Positions 29,074 to 39,500 of a DNA stretch of 64,000 nucleotides are shown here, piece after piece (position 1 is the stretch's first letter; every line of letters starts with the position of its first letter). The notes beneath the pieces were generated by a model that was not told the origin of the DNA, made no database searches, and saw only the letters and a list, made by a program, of their open reading frames with translations. The DNA is from a virus, in the IMG/VR virus record IMGVR_UViG_3300028610_001024, positions 13,729 through 77,728 of that record; one strand, given 5' to 3'. Position numbers and translations under genes: made by a program.

Positions 29074-29889
29074 ATGGCTTTATTAGACTTTGCGGAAGTA
29101 TTAGCTGACTCAGGTTTAGATAGTGATCCTAATGGAGTACTTGCACGATTAGTTAGAGGGCATAATAAGGAAGAGAAAAGAGCAGGTAAACTTGATAAGC
29201 GGGTAGGGGAATTAGATATTGAAGTAGAATCATTAACTGAAAGTGTTGGAAGGTTAGAAGGAAAGAATACAGATACCCATAATAAAAATAGGGATCGTAG
29301 AGAATTAGCTGCTGATGATTTTAATAAGTATAAAGCGGAATCTGAAAATAAGTTGACTAAAGCTGAAGAAGAAAAGACTAAACTAGTAGATAGAATCTCC
29401 GAACTTGAAACTGAAGCTAAGGTTTCTAGTACATCCTATAAAACCTTACAGGATCAGCATACTGTTACATCCTCAGCTTTAAGTGTGCATGAAGAGGCAG
29501 GGTTAGAGCGTAGGCGACATTTAGAGTTAAGTAAAGTTAAACTACCAGAAGCAATACGTGACGGATTGCATACTACTGTTTATTCAAAAATTGAGCACTT
29601 TATGGTCCCTAAAGAGGACGGTAAGGGATTTGATCTAAAGGATGATAAGGGGAATATGCTTAAAAGAGACGGGAGAGAAATTGAGCTTCCTGATTTATTG
29701 AGCGATGTTAGTAGTGAGAATCCTTTATGGGCAAGTGAAGGATTATCTGGTGCCTTTGTTAAACAAGATAAAGAGTCTAGTTCACTGTTACATAGTGGAG
29801 GTGGATTACAAGGATCAGATATTAACCCTGGTGATGATACATCAGGTGATGATATTAGGGAAAAGGCAAGAGAGAAGCGAAAAAAGTAA
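29074..29889 (+). CDS. Capsid scaffolding protein
   Basis: Acidic coiled coil with Gly-rich C-terminus, directly before the coat gene; AGGAG SD. Confidence 0.75.
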   Translation: MALLDFAEVLADSGLDSDPNGVLARLVRGHNKEEKRAGKLDKRVGELDIEVESLTESVGRLEGKNTDTHNKNRDRRELAADDFNKYKAESENKLTKAEEEKTKLVDRISELETEAKVSSTSYKTLQDQHTVTSSALSVHEEAGLERRRHLELSKVKLPEAIRDGLHTTVYSKIEHFMVPKEDGKGFDLKDDKGNMLKRDGREIELPDLLSDVSSENPLWASEGLSGAFVKQDKESSSLLHSGGGLQGSDINPGDDTSGDDIREKAREKRKK

Positions 29890-29944
29890 CACTTAGGTTA
29901 CTACATCCAACTCACTGTCTATAAGGCAGTACAAGGAGAAAATC

Positions 29945-31132
29945 ATGGCGAACTTGTTTCACACTGGAGAACCGATCTTTCAAGGAGTAACCACTGATGA
30001 AATCACAGCAGCTGCTAGTGCTCATCTACAGGACCATTCCGTTGCTTATGGCCTAGCAGCTAGTCAGACATTCATTAGTCACTTTGATGATAGTCCTGGT
30101 GAAGGGGACAAGATTGATATCAGGTATCCGGATAACCCGCCGGTTGCTGAATTGATCAATAGCCCCACTGCTGGACCAGAGGACATCAAGGAAAAGAAAT
30201 TTCGACTGGAGATTGAGAGGCATTTCGTTATTCGCCATGTACTGAAGCCACGGGAATTTAAATTCAATCTTCACGACGTGGAGAGGTTTATTATTGCCCC
30301 AGCTATGACCTCCTTGGCTAGTGCTCTTAATGGGTACGTGATGTCGAAGGCTGCATTGGTGTCGAATTTTTCTGGTGTTGTAGGAGTGCCTATTACTACA
30401 CTGACGCAGCTTGAACCTCATGTGACGGTCCTTGATGAGGGGTTTGCTCCAGGAAAGAGATTTGGACTTTTTGTTCCGAATATCTACAATAAAATGGCTA
30501 CTGCGGATGATTTTGCCCACGTTGACAAAACTGGGCAGACAAAAGTGAGAGAATTCGGGGAGTTGGGGTCAGTGGCTGATGTTACCCCATTTAAGGATTC
30601 TGCTGTCGGTAGGAATCTGAAAAGTGATCAGCGGCATACTGCTGGACTTTTTGGCAATGGTACGATAGATGGCGCAGTAGCAGAAGGCGCTGTTATTATG
30701 AACCTAGCGGGCGGAGTTGCTACTACAGGTACGCTTGTTCCAGCAGATCTTTTCCAGGTTGTAGGTGTTGAGGGTACTTACGTTATCACTAACAGTACTA
30801 CCGCTGACGGTACAGGTGACATTGTAGGAGCTACTTTCTCTCCTGCGGCCCCTGCTGGTGGGTTTCCTGATACGAATGTGTTTACCCTCCAGCCCAGTCA
30901 TACCAAGAATCTAGTTGCTGCCCAAGGTGGTATCATTGCAAGTGCTGTTCCGCCAGTGCTTACCCCGGGAATGTCTGGTGGTACTATCCAGGATGAGGAT
31001 GGGTTTAGTGTGACATGGCAGTACCATCCAAAAGATGTCGAGTTTATGAAGAGTCATCTCTCCTTTGAAGTTTTTGCAGCTGCTGTGCTCGCTCGTAACG
31101 AGTATTGTAGTATCCACGTTTCGGATTTCTAA
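29945..31132 (+). CDS. Major capsid protein (P22 coat-like with insertion domain)
   Basis: GDKIDIRYP, FIIAPAM..LA, G.LG...D, HTAG plus beta insertion; AAGGAG SD; biased codon use. Confidence 0.85.
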   Translation: MANLFHTGEPIFQGVTTDEITAAASAHLQDHSVAYGLAASQTFISHFDDSPGEGDKIDIRYPDNPPVAELINSPTAGPEDIKEKKFRLEIERHFVIRHVLKPREFKFNLHDVERFIIAPAMTSLASALNGYVMSKAALVSNFSGVVGVPITTLTQLEPHVTVLDEGFAPGKRFGLFVPNIYNKMATADDFAHVDKTGQTKVREFGELGSVADVTPFKDSAVGRNLKSDQRHTAGLFGNGTIDGAVAEGAVIMNLAGGVATTGTLVPADLFQVVGVEGTYVITNSTTADGTGDIVGATFSPAAPAGGFPDTNVFTLQPSHTKNLVAAQGGIIASAVPPVLTPGMSGGTIQDEDGFSVTWQYHPKDVEFMKSHLSFEVFAAAVLARNEYCSIHVSDF

Positions 31133-31141
31133 GCGGGTAGC

Positions 31142-31978
31142 GTGCCCGTCTTCCCTCCAACTGGAATAGTTGCCGTAGTCGGTAACAGTCAGATTCTACT
31201 AAGGTGGAACGCTGTTACCGACGCGGCAAGCTATAATATTTATCGGGACACTGTACTGATAAATACAGTTGGGGCTATTGTGGATTTTGGTAAGCAAGAG
31301 GAGTATCTAGATGTAGGGTTAGTAAATGATACTAGTTATAGTTATGAGTTAGAAGTAACTGTAGGGGTAGAGACTAGTGCTAAGAGTACCCCACCTGTTA
31401 TAGCTATTCCTAAAACTATTTTAATCGAAGAGGATGGTACAGGGGTTCAAGCTGCTAATACCTTTCAAAATTTACAAAGTGCATTGGATTTAATTGCTGG
31501 GCGAGGTTATACACATTTTGCAACCATAAATGTTTTTCAGGAGAATGTGCTAATTAGGGGGACGCAGTCGGTTAATACTTCGGTGAGCTATAATAACGTA
31601 GGGACGCCGTTAAATATAGAGCAAGGATTATACTATCCAAGAACAGGGTATCCTAATTGTGGAGGGGTGAATAGTGTTAGTGTAGGATTTAGGGGGAGTA
31701 ATTTATTACTGGCCACTGGCCCTGTAGAAATACCCGAAGATATTAAATTAGCTAGTGCATTGAAGGCTGAACATATTGCATTGAGCTTATTTAATTCTAA
31801 TAATGAGTTTGCCGATATACCGGGGAATTTAAAAAAGTTTGAGTTAGCTAAAGGTGTACAGTTAGAGAAGTTTCAAGGTAAGTTAGAAACTGGAGAGCAG
31901 AAAGAATTACACGGGCAGATTAGAGGATTGATTAAAAAGCTATCTAGTGGGTCTAACTTTTGGCTAGGTGGTCCATGA
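31142..31978 (+). CDS. Head-tail adaptor with N-terminal fibronectin type III domain
   Basis: FN3: PPTG..A...QI.L.W.AV..A.SYNIYR...Y.D.GL.N.T.Y.Y; adaptor: LIEEDGTGV..AN.F, Q.L.YPR, IPEDIK.A. Confidence 0.75.
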   Translation: MPVFPPTGIVAVVGNSQILLRWNAVTDAASYNIYRDTVLINTVGAIVDFGKQEEYLDVGLVNDTSYSYELEVTVGVETSAKSTPPVIAIPKTILIEEDGTGVQAANTFQNLQSALDLIAGRGYTHFATINVFQENVLIRGTQSVNTSVSYNNVGTPLNIEQGLYYPRTGYPNCGGVNSVSVGFRGSNLLLATGPVEIPEDIKLASALKAEHIALSLFNSNNEFADIPGNLKKFELAKGVQLEKFQGKLETGEQKELHGQIRGLIKKLSSGSNFWLGGP

Positions 31979-32559
31979 GTCTAGTCTCAGCAGTTGCAAG
32001 TGTAGGGAGTAGGGTAATACCCCTACTTACAGATAATAGTGCTACATTTATCATACCTGGGTTTGAGTTAGGTAAAGTGGATTTAGAAGCACCGGATCCT
32101 ATTTTAGTAGTTAAAGGAGTATTTAGTCAAGGGGCTACAGAAATACTGATAGAGAACTCAAATGGTGACCAATTTACAGGTATGATACGTGAGGGATGTG
32201 GAACGGTAATAGACGGGAATTTATATACTGTAGATGTAGGATCTAGAGTGGATAATAGTATTTTAAGTTTAAAGTTAACTAGTGGGTTACTAGGTGGATT
32301 AGTCGGCGGGGAATCAGTTAGTAGTAGCGATAGAAGAATAAATGTTACTAGTACGGTTGAAATTAGCACTGAGAGTTACAACACTAGACAGACTGATGGA
32401 GTAGCTTTATTTGGGTTTCAATATATGACACGAGATTTTAGTGTAGTGCCAAAGGTTGGGTGGTATTGTAGGCGAGGAGTGTATAGTGGATATATTATTG
32501 AAGTTGAACAGGTTAGGGTTACAATAGTTTGGGTGGGGAAGAAGGGGATATCGAAGTGA
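31975..32559 (+). CDS. Putative head-closure protein
   Basis: Position after adaptor; ATGA coupling; beta-rich. Confidence 0.5.
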   Translation: MSLVSAVASVGSRVIPLLTDNSATFIIPGFELGKVDLEAPDPILVVKGVFSQGATEILIENSNGDQFTGMIREGCGTVIDGNLYTVDVGSRVDNSILSLKLTSGLLGGLVGGESVSSSDRRINVTSTVEISTESYNTRQTDGVALFGFQYMTRDFSVVPKVGWYCRRGVYSGYIIEVEQVRVTIVWVGKKGISK

Positions 32560-32717
32560 ATATTATTATTACACAAAGGACTGATAAAGAAAGAAAAGCT
32601 TACTATGATGGTATACGCTATGCTCTAAATAATCTTAATCAAAAAGAAAGTATGGAGTTAATGCTTTTAATTGAGTCGGGGAATCTGAATAATTCCTCTA
32701 AAGCTGAGCAAGTATAA

Positions 32718-33137
32718 ATGCGTCACCATAAACATATGCGAAGGGTACTTACTAAACAGTTTAATATACTTTATATGGAACAATCCAAAAGTGCTGCTGT
32801 AGGAGGTATGGGTAGTGCTGTAGTAGTTGCTCCTGGCCCAGAACAAACTGCAACAGCTACAGGTAGATCTAGGATGTCTGTCTCTACTAGTGTAGGAACG
32901 TTAAAAAGGTTTGATCCAGGGGATTTAGGGTCGTATAAAGTACCAGGTAGAAATATGGCATTAAGAGGTATAGCTGGACGACGGTTCGGGGATGATATAT
33001 TTATATCCATAGGGACAGATTATAGTAAGTATTTAAGAAAATGGGGTTATGAGATGATGGAACACGCACAAGATGGGGCGATTGGGCAAATGGAGATAGA
33101 TCAGGGTAGGACATTACGTAAGGTGGCTAGAGTATAA
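32718..33137 (+). CDS. Putative neck/tail-completion protein (HK97 gp10-like)
   Basis: TGR.R.S and I.I...Y..YL motifs; position. Confidence 0.55.
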   Translation: MRHHKHMRRVLTKQFNILYMEQSKSAAVGGMGSAVVVAPGPEQTATATGRSRMSVSTSVGTLKRFDPGDLGSYKVPGRNMALRGIAGRRFGDDIFISIGTDYSKYLRKWGYEMMEHAQDGAIGQMEIDQGRTLRKVARV

Positions 33138-34096
33138 TGTCTACTAGTATCACATTCCATACAGCAAATGAGGATTTAACAGGTATTACCTTTGCTGATG
33201 CCCCACCAATAGGATTAGGAGGTAGGCTTTACGGTTCAAGTGGTAATGTAATATCTAATAGTGGAGTGTCGTTATCTCTACTTGGTGGTGATTCTACTAG
33301 GGGGGTAATAAATGGTCTCCCTGAGGGTCCAGGGTATGCAGTTACTTATATATTAAAAGGCTTTGGTGAGAGTAATCACTATTATCAAGGTAGTGTTCCT
33401 TACACTTATCGGGTAGTGGCGAATAGGAATACCGGGCTAGAAGGAACTTTAGATGTAAGACTAGCGGCTGATGGGGTTATAGCTGGGAATATTATAACAA
33501 TTACTGAAGCTATTGTAGGCCAAGGGGATTACATTGTAAAATGGGGCACTGATATCCCAGGGGTTAGGTATAGCTTAACAATTGCCAGTGGTGGATTTGC
33601 ATTAGGGGAGTATGCTTGGAACAGTGTAAGTGTTTCAGATGTAGGTGCTGCAACGTGGCAGAGAGATGATTTAGGACGGGTAGTGGATATCCTTAATACT
33701 CATGTAAATAGTTTTAGTGGATTTGATTTTATAGGTTGGTATGTTAGAGGTATGCATTTTCAGGAGCCAGTGATAGAGGGTACAAGGCCTCAGGTATTTT
33801 GTGAGGTATCCCCTGGAGTGTCTAGGATTACTGATGTAATAGGAAGTCAGCTAACGGCGCCACTTAGAAATGGTACTTATATATTCGGGTTATTCTCAAG
33901 TGTAAGAAATGAAAGTATATGGAGAAGTGTGTTTAAACAAATGGTTAAAACTTTATCTACGGATTTCCCACCACAGCAAACTACAGTTATAGCAAGAGAT
34001 TTTGAGGAGCCTAACGAGAGTGATATTAGAGGGAGTAGATATCCTAATTTTGTAGCTTACACTGCACAGTTACCGTATAGATCGTGCGTTAGGTAA
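33137..34096 (+). CDS. Putative tail terminator with extra N-terminal beta domains
   Basis: Position before tail tube; ~140-aa terminator-like C-terminus ending LPYR. Confidence 0.5.
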   Translation: MSTSITFHTANEDLTGITFADAPPIGLGGRLYGSSGNVISNSGVSLSLLGGDSTRGVINGLPEGPGYAVTYILKGFGESNHYYQGSVPYTYRVVANRNTGLEGTLDVRLAADGVIAGNIITITEAIVGQGDYIVKWGTDIPGVRYSLTIASGGFALGEYAWNSVSVSDVGAATWQRDDLGRVVDILNTHVNSFSGFDFIGWYVRGMHFQEPVIEGTRPQVFCEVSPGVSRITDVIGSQLTAPLRNGTYIFGLFSSVRNESIWRSVFKQMVKTLSTDFPPQQTTVIARDFEEPNESDIRGSRYPNFVAYTAQLPYRSCVR

Positions 34097-34175
34097 TTAG
34101 AGATAATAAACCTTAGTTGGTGTTATAGGGTGCGCCTTTAACATCAAGGATTAAACTGACAGTGAGGACAAGGAC

Positions 34176-34994
34176 ATGCCAGCAGATCTTGACAGTGGCG
34201 CGACTATTTTACTAGGGGTGGAATTCGGTGGATTGCGTATAGCCCCAGATGGGTTAACTGTAGAGTCGGGAGTTACTCACCCCACAATTGAGCTAACGGG
34301 TTCTATGTTGACCCCTACTGCCAATAACCACACGTATAAGAAATCCGGAGATAGAACAGATCAGAACAAAGAAATTGGTGAGGCCTTCGTTTGGGAGTTA
34401 AAGGTTTTCACCTGTGGACCTGATAGTCGAGTGGAATATAAACTATTAAACGATGCGCTGCGATTGGATCCTGATGGGAACTTCATTGGTAAACAGGGAG
34501 TTCTTATGGTTGAAGGTAGTCAAGATCTGGCACCTAGTCCAACTAATACGGTTTTGGGATTCCAGATTCCTGGAAACCGATTAGGACCGATAGGTGGGAA
34601 TGTTGGAGATCCAAAGGAGTATACGTACACTACTCCTGTTAGTGGAGCTATTGAGGAATTAACTACGGTTATTGCTCAACCTACTACTCTAGTTGCTCTA
34701 GAGACTGGACCGACTACAATTGATCTTACTTGGGATGCTGATAGTGAACTATTAGTAAATCACCAGGGCATTTTCAGAGTTAAACACTATGATATCTTTC
34801 AGAGCTTGACTACCAGTGTAGGGTTCGTAAAGGTTAATACGGCCCCTGTGTTAGCTAATCAGAATGGAAATACCTTCACTGCAACGGGGTTGACTACTGT
34901 TACACAGTACTTCTTCTATGTCGTTGCGCGAGGTATCTTTGGAGACGGCGATTCATCTCCAATTAGCGCTGAAGCGGAAGATACCACGTCGTAA
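34176..34994 (+). CDS. Major tail (tube) protein with C-terminal FN3 domain
   Basis: Position; PTTL.A....TTIDLTW...Y.I...TGLT..TQYFFYVVA..GDS FN3 signature. Confidence 0.75.
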   Translation: MPADLDSGATILLGVEFGGLRIAPDGLTVESGVTHPTIELTGSMLTPTANNHTYKKSGDRTDQNKEIGEAFVWELKVFTCGPDSRVEYKLLNDALRLDPDGNFIGKQGVLMVEGSQDLAPSPTNTVLGFQIPGNRLGPIGGNVGDPKEYTYTTPVSGAIEELTTVIAQPTTLVALETGPTTIDLTWDADSELLVNHQGIFRVKHYDIFQSLTTSVGFVKVNTAPVLANQNGNTFTATGLTTVTQYFFYVVARGIFGDGDSSPISAEAEDTTS

Positions 34995-34999
34995 GTAAT

Positions 35000-35084
35000 A
35001 AAAAAGGCTGGCCCTCCAGGGTTGACGTTAAGCGACACACCTACTGTAGCCCGTGTCGATACCTGCGTCAGGGCCAGTCTTTTT
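35000..35084 (+). terminator. Long stem-loop / terminator after the tail tube gene
   Basis: AAAAAAGGCTGGCCCT...AGGGCCAGTCTTTTT with inner CGACAC/GTGTCG stem. Confidence 0.65.
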
Positions 35085-35157
35085 ACCCGTTTTTAGTTTC
35101 AATTTTTAACCCTTCCAACTTTGCCTCAATTAACCTTTCCTTTACTTGGAGTTTACC

Positions 35158-36036
35158 ATGAAGTCTTTTACCCCTGAAGTGATCCCACAAGTTGAATCGT
35201 TTAACGATCCATACGAATTAGGTGCTACATTTTTAATTGGTAGACTAGGGTCTAGTAAAAGTGGCAGCAGAGAGGTTGAAGCGTTCATTACAAAGGTTAA
35301 CCAAGGTAAAAATAAAGCTAAACGGGAAGCTATGAAGCGGGCTAAATTACTGGCCCCTAAAGCTAGTGGGCTTGTAGATATATATAGTCTAATGGGGGAA
35401 GATCAGGTTTATGGAGAAGAGTTACGAGATATTGATGAGGAGGAAAATAGAAAGGAAGATTATCACAGTGAATTAAATGCTATTTCGGTTGTTAGGGGTT
35501 GGAGTGGTAAAGCGTTCACGGAGAAGGAATTACCTATTGATGGAGCTTTTGATAATGATCGTATAAGGGAAATGATATTTGAACCTCATGGACCTTTAGA
35601 GGATGAAGAGGATAAGCAAGTTATTGTTCAGCGGTTTAAGAATATTGAAACAGGTGAAATGATTAGTAATCAGAGTGATATTTTTGATACGATTGAGACG
35701 ATGTTTGATAAGGTTAGTAAGGAGTGTGTCAAGAAAGGTGAAGCTGAGGAAAAGAAGCTTCAGGATGAATTCAATAGATTAGAATTTGATGGTAAGCAGA
35801 AATTTGAATATGAAGCTATGGCGTTACAGTATAGGGATAAAATAAGAGAATCTTATAAAAACCTGCGTGAAGAGTATGATAAGAAGGCCTATACTAAGTT
35901 AGAAAAAATGGGTTATGCAGAGTTACCCTTTTTCAGCTACACCTTACGTGTAGCTTTAGCATTGTGGATAGTTGAAAAGGCTGTAGAGGTGGAGGCTAAC
36001 TATAATAGAAAAAAAGGGACATTTCGGAGGGCTTAG
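35158..36036 (+). CDS. Tail assembly chaperone (gpG-like)
   Basis: Between tail tube and tape measure; V.GW.G motif; slippery A-run near the 3' end. Confidence 0.75.
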   Translation: MKSFTPEVIPQVESFNDPYELGATFLIGRLGSSKSGSREVEAFITKVNQGKNKAKREAMKRAKLLAPKASGLVDIYSLMGEDQVYGEELRDIDEEENRKEDYHSELNAISVVRGWSGKAFTEKELPIDGAFDNDRIREMIFEPHGPLEDEEDKQVIVQRFKNIETGEMISNQSDIFDTIETMFDKVSKECVKKGEAEEKKLQDEFNRLEFDGKQKFEYEAMALQYRDKIRESYKNLREEYDKKAYTKLEKMGYAELPFFSYTLRVALALWIVEKAVEVEANYNRKKGTFRRA

Positions 36037-36554
36037 CTGAATGGGCTAGGTTTCAATCGTTTATATCACGGGCGTATGACGCACCGTTTGATCCATTTAA
36101 ACTATGGAGAAAGCACGTCAAGCGTGGTAATGAAACCTGCTATAAATGTTTAAAGCAATTCTCTGGTATGAGAATGTGCCCCGAGTGTGGGGGATGGACT
36201 ATACCACAATTACCCCAGTCGTACTTCCCAGGATGGGTAGGACATACTGATAAAGAAACAGGGGAGTGGATAACTGATTTACCAGATATCATATTAGGAT
36301 TCCCAATAATGGATGCATCGTTGCAAGATGTGTTCATTACTAACTGGCAATGTTTACCTGGGGATTCTATGGGAGTACCTAGTTTTTCGCCTAATGAAAT
36401 GCTGGCTTTTGATAGAGATTGTAGGTTAGATAATGAAGACTTGGAATTTTATGGTGAAGTACTACGGAATATGTCTAGTGGGTATAGAAAAGGTTATACT
36501 CAGGCTGGTGAGTATAAAGATAGATTAAAAAAGCAGAAACAAGGTGTGAGATAG
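35158..36554 (+). CDS. Tail assembly chaperone gpGT via -1 frameshift at AGA AAA AAA GGG (36007-36018)
   Basis: -1 frame is open from the A-run to 36554 and includes track ORF 36168-36554. Confidence 0.75.
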
Positions 36555-36558
36555 AAAA

Positions 36559-39500
36559 GTGCCTAATGTAGCAGCAGATGGTTTTGAAACCCCGGTTAGA
36601 CTGGGGTTTAAGCAGTTTGAGGGGGATTCTAGTAGAATCCTTAAAACTGTTGATAAGACTGTTAAAGGGTTGGATAGACTATCTAAACCTATAAAGGCTG
36701 ATATTAGGCAGTTTTCGCAGGATATTAAAGGGGCGGTTGGTAAGGTAGAAAAGTTAGAAAAAGGTATTGATAAACTAGGTAAAGGTAGAACTAGAAAACC
36801 TTTAATATCAAAGACTGAGAGAGATAATCTAAAAGGTTTAAGTGATGGTATAGATAAAGTTGGCTTGAAGGCTAGTAATTTAGTTAGAAAGCAGAATTTA
36901 GTAAATAGCGTGATGCGGCAAACTGGGGTTTCGGCTCAAGTTGCTGGTCGCGCTGTTTCTGTTTATGCAGGGAATTTAGACCGGGCTGAGAAAGAAGCGG
37001 TACAGTTAGCTAGAGGATTAGGTAAAGCTAAAAATGAAACTAATAGATTAACTGAGGCACAGAAACGAGGGAATAAAACTACAAGTAAGGGTAGTAATCA
37101 GTTATTAGAAATGGGTAAGCGGGCTGCTGGGTTAGCCTTAGCGTATGTCGGTGTTCGACAAGGTCTAGCCCAGATAGGTCAATCTACTGATGTATTTTTA
37201 CAATTAGAGGACAACTTACTAGGCACTCAGGCGGTTACCAATTCAACGTCTGAGGAAATGAAAGGGTTATCTGATCAGACTAGAGAGTTAGGTAGAAGTA
37301 CAAGGTTTACAGCGATTGAGGTAGCGAAAACTCAGCAGATACTGAGTAGAGCTGGATTTAGTATGCGGGAAACGGTTGGAGCGTTACCGTCATTATTAAA
37401 TTTTGCATCAGCTGCACAATTGGATTTAAACAGTGCTACTAGTATTGGTGCTGATATACTACGGAGTTTTAATAGGGATGTTAGGGAGTTAGAGAATGTA
37501 TTAGATATATTGGCGTTTGCGGCGAATAGGGCGAATACTGATGTACGGTTACTAAGTCAAGGCGCAAAGTTTGCGGCGCCAGTGTTTCAGGCTACAGGTC
37601 AAGGAGTGGATGTTATGTCCGCTGCTTTGGCTACTTTAGCTGATAGAGGGTTAAAAGGTGAACTAGGAGGCACTGGTCTACGAATATCTATCCGTAGTTT
37701 GATTGCCCCCACAAAAATAGCTACTGAAACACTAAAGAAGATGGGGATCAATCTTGAGGATGTTGATTTCCAAGGGGAGAACCTAATAGATGTTATAAAT
37801 CTATTAGCTGAGAAGAATTTGGGCGCTGCTGAGTCGTTTAGAATATTCAGTGCTCGTGGTGGTACGTCAATGCTAGCGTTGACTGCTGGGGTAGATAAGT
37901 TTAACGAGATATATACTGAAATGGGTGAAGGTGTTGACGGTACTACTAAACGCATGTCTGAGACGATAGAGAGTGGACTTGGCGGTAGTACTAGACGATT
38001 AGTTTCAGCTGTTGAAAGTGCAAGGATAGCGTTTAGTGAAGGCTATGTACCGGCATTGATGGAGAGTCAAAAGCGGACGATTGAGTTATTAAATACAAGT
38101 GAGGATACTTTAATTAGTTTAGGTAAATTAGCTGGTGGGGTGTTGAATATTACGTCGGCTTGGTTGAACTTTATTACGGGGACGTCGTTGGTTAAGGGAT
38201 TGTCTAGTAATATAGATGAGATTACAGCTTCTACTGTTAAAATGCAAGAGCAGTGGGGGTTGACAAGTAAGGCTATAGCTGGGGGGGCGGAGACTATAGA
38301 TGAAAGATTAAAGGTTGTTCATGAGCAGTTAAAGAGAAATATAGCTCAGGCTAAGTTGTTTAGTAGTCAAACCCCAGAACAAAAACGTAGACTTGGTGAT
38401 AAACCTTTAGAGGCACAAAGGCAGATATTTGCACTTAGAACTGAAATAGAAGCCTTAGAGGCTGCGCAAGACGGAGCCAATATAGCTGCTATTGAAGCTG
38501 CCGAGATAGCAGATGAGCAAGCTAAAGCGTTTGCCCGGGAAGAAAAAGAAGCTAAGTCGGTTGCACTTGGAGTCGAAGCTGTATCTAAAGCTAAACAGGA
38601 TGCGAAGGTAATTACACGGGGGTTAAGATCTGAGATAGAGAAGCTAGAGATTAAGTTAGGTAAAGCAAAGAATGCCTTAGATTTAGGGGTGTTGAGTTTA
38701 GGTAGCTATAATAAAGAAGTTGAAAGACTTAATGGGCTAATACATGATATTGAGGTGGATAAGTTAGCTCAAGAGATTGAAGGGCTAAAAGGGTTATTGG
38801 AGTTGACTCGACCAGAAATGGTTATTGAGGCTAAAGTTGAAACTAAGGAGATTGATGCACTAGAGAAGCGACTGGATAAAGAATTAACATTAAGAATTGT
38901 TACCTCTATAGGGACGCCGGGGATACCAGATTTAGATAGCGGTTCAGGTGAACCTTTAGATATCTTTAACCCTGCTGATGACATTGAGGGTATTAAACAA
39001 TTTGGTAAAGAGTATAAAAATCAACTAACCAAGGCACAGAAAATAACTGAGAAATTTGAAGGACAATGGGGGAATGTAGCCGATGCTATATTTCTTGCTG
39101 GAGATGCTATCTCTAGTATGGACAGCGGGTTAGGAGGTTTACTTAAATCTGTTAGTAGTTTAATACCGGCGTTCGAGAATTTAGCTAAGGCTAGAGCTAG
39201 CGGAGATCAGGTAGCTATAAATAACGCAAACGCTCAGTTGGCGGATGCAGTACTAGGTGCTGTGGGGACTGCTGCTGGGGGTGCGTTAGCTGGTGGTGGT
39301 ACTTCTTCTTTTGGTGGAGAAAAAAGTGGTACTTTTTCTGAGGAAGGAGCCTCTATAGGAGGAATATTTGGAGGTACGGGGGCTTTTGTTGGCGCAGTTT
39401 TAGGGGCGTTCTTTAAGAAAGCTGGCGATACAATGGTGTTGCAATTCTCTCAGGGGCTAGATAATATAGAGTCGAGGGTTCAAGCTAGTGAGGGTTTAGA

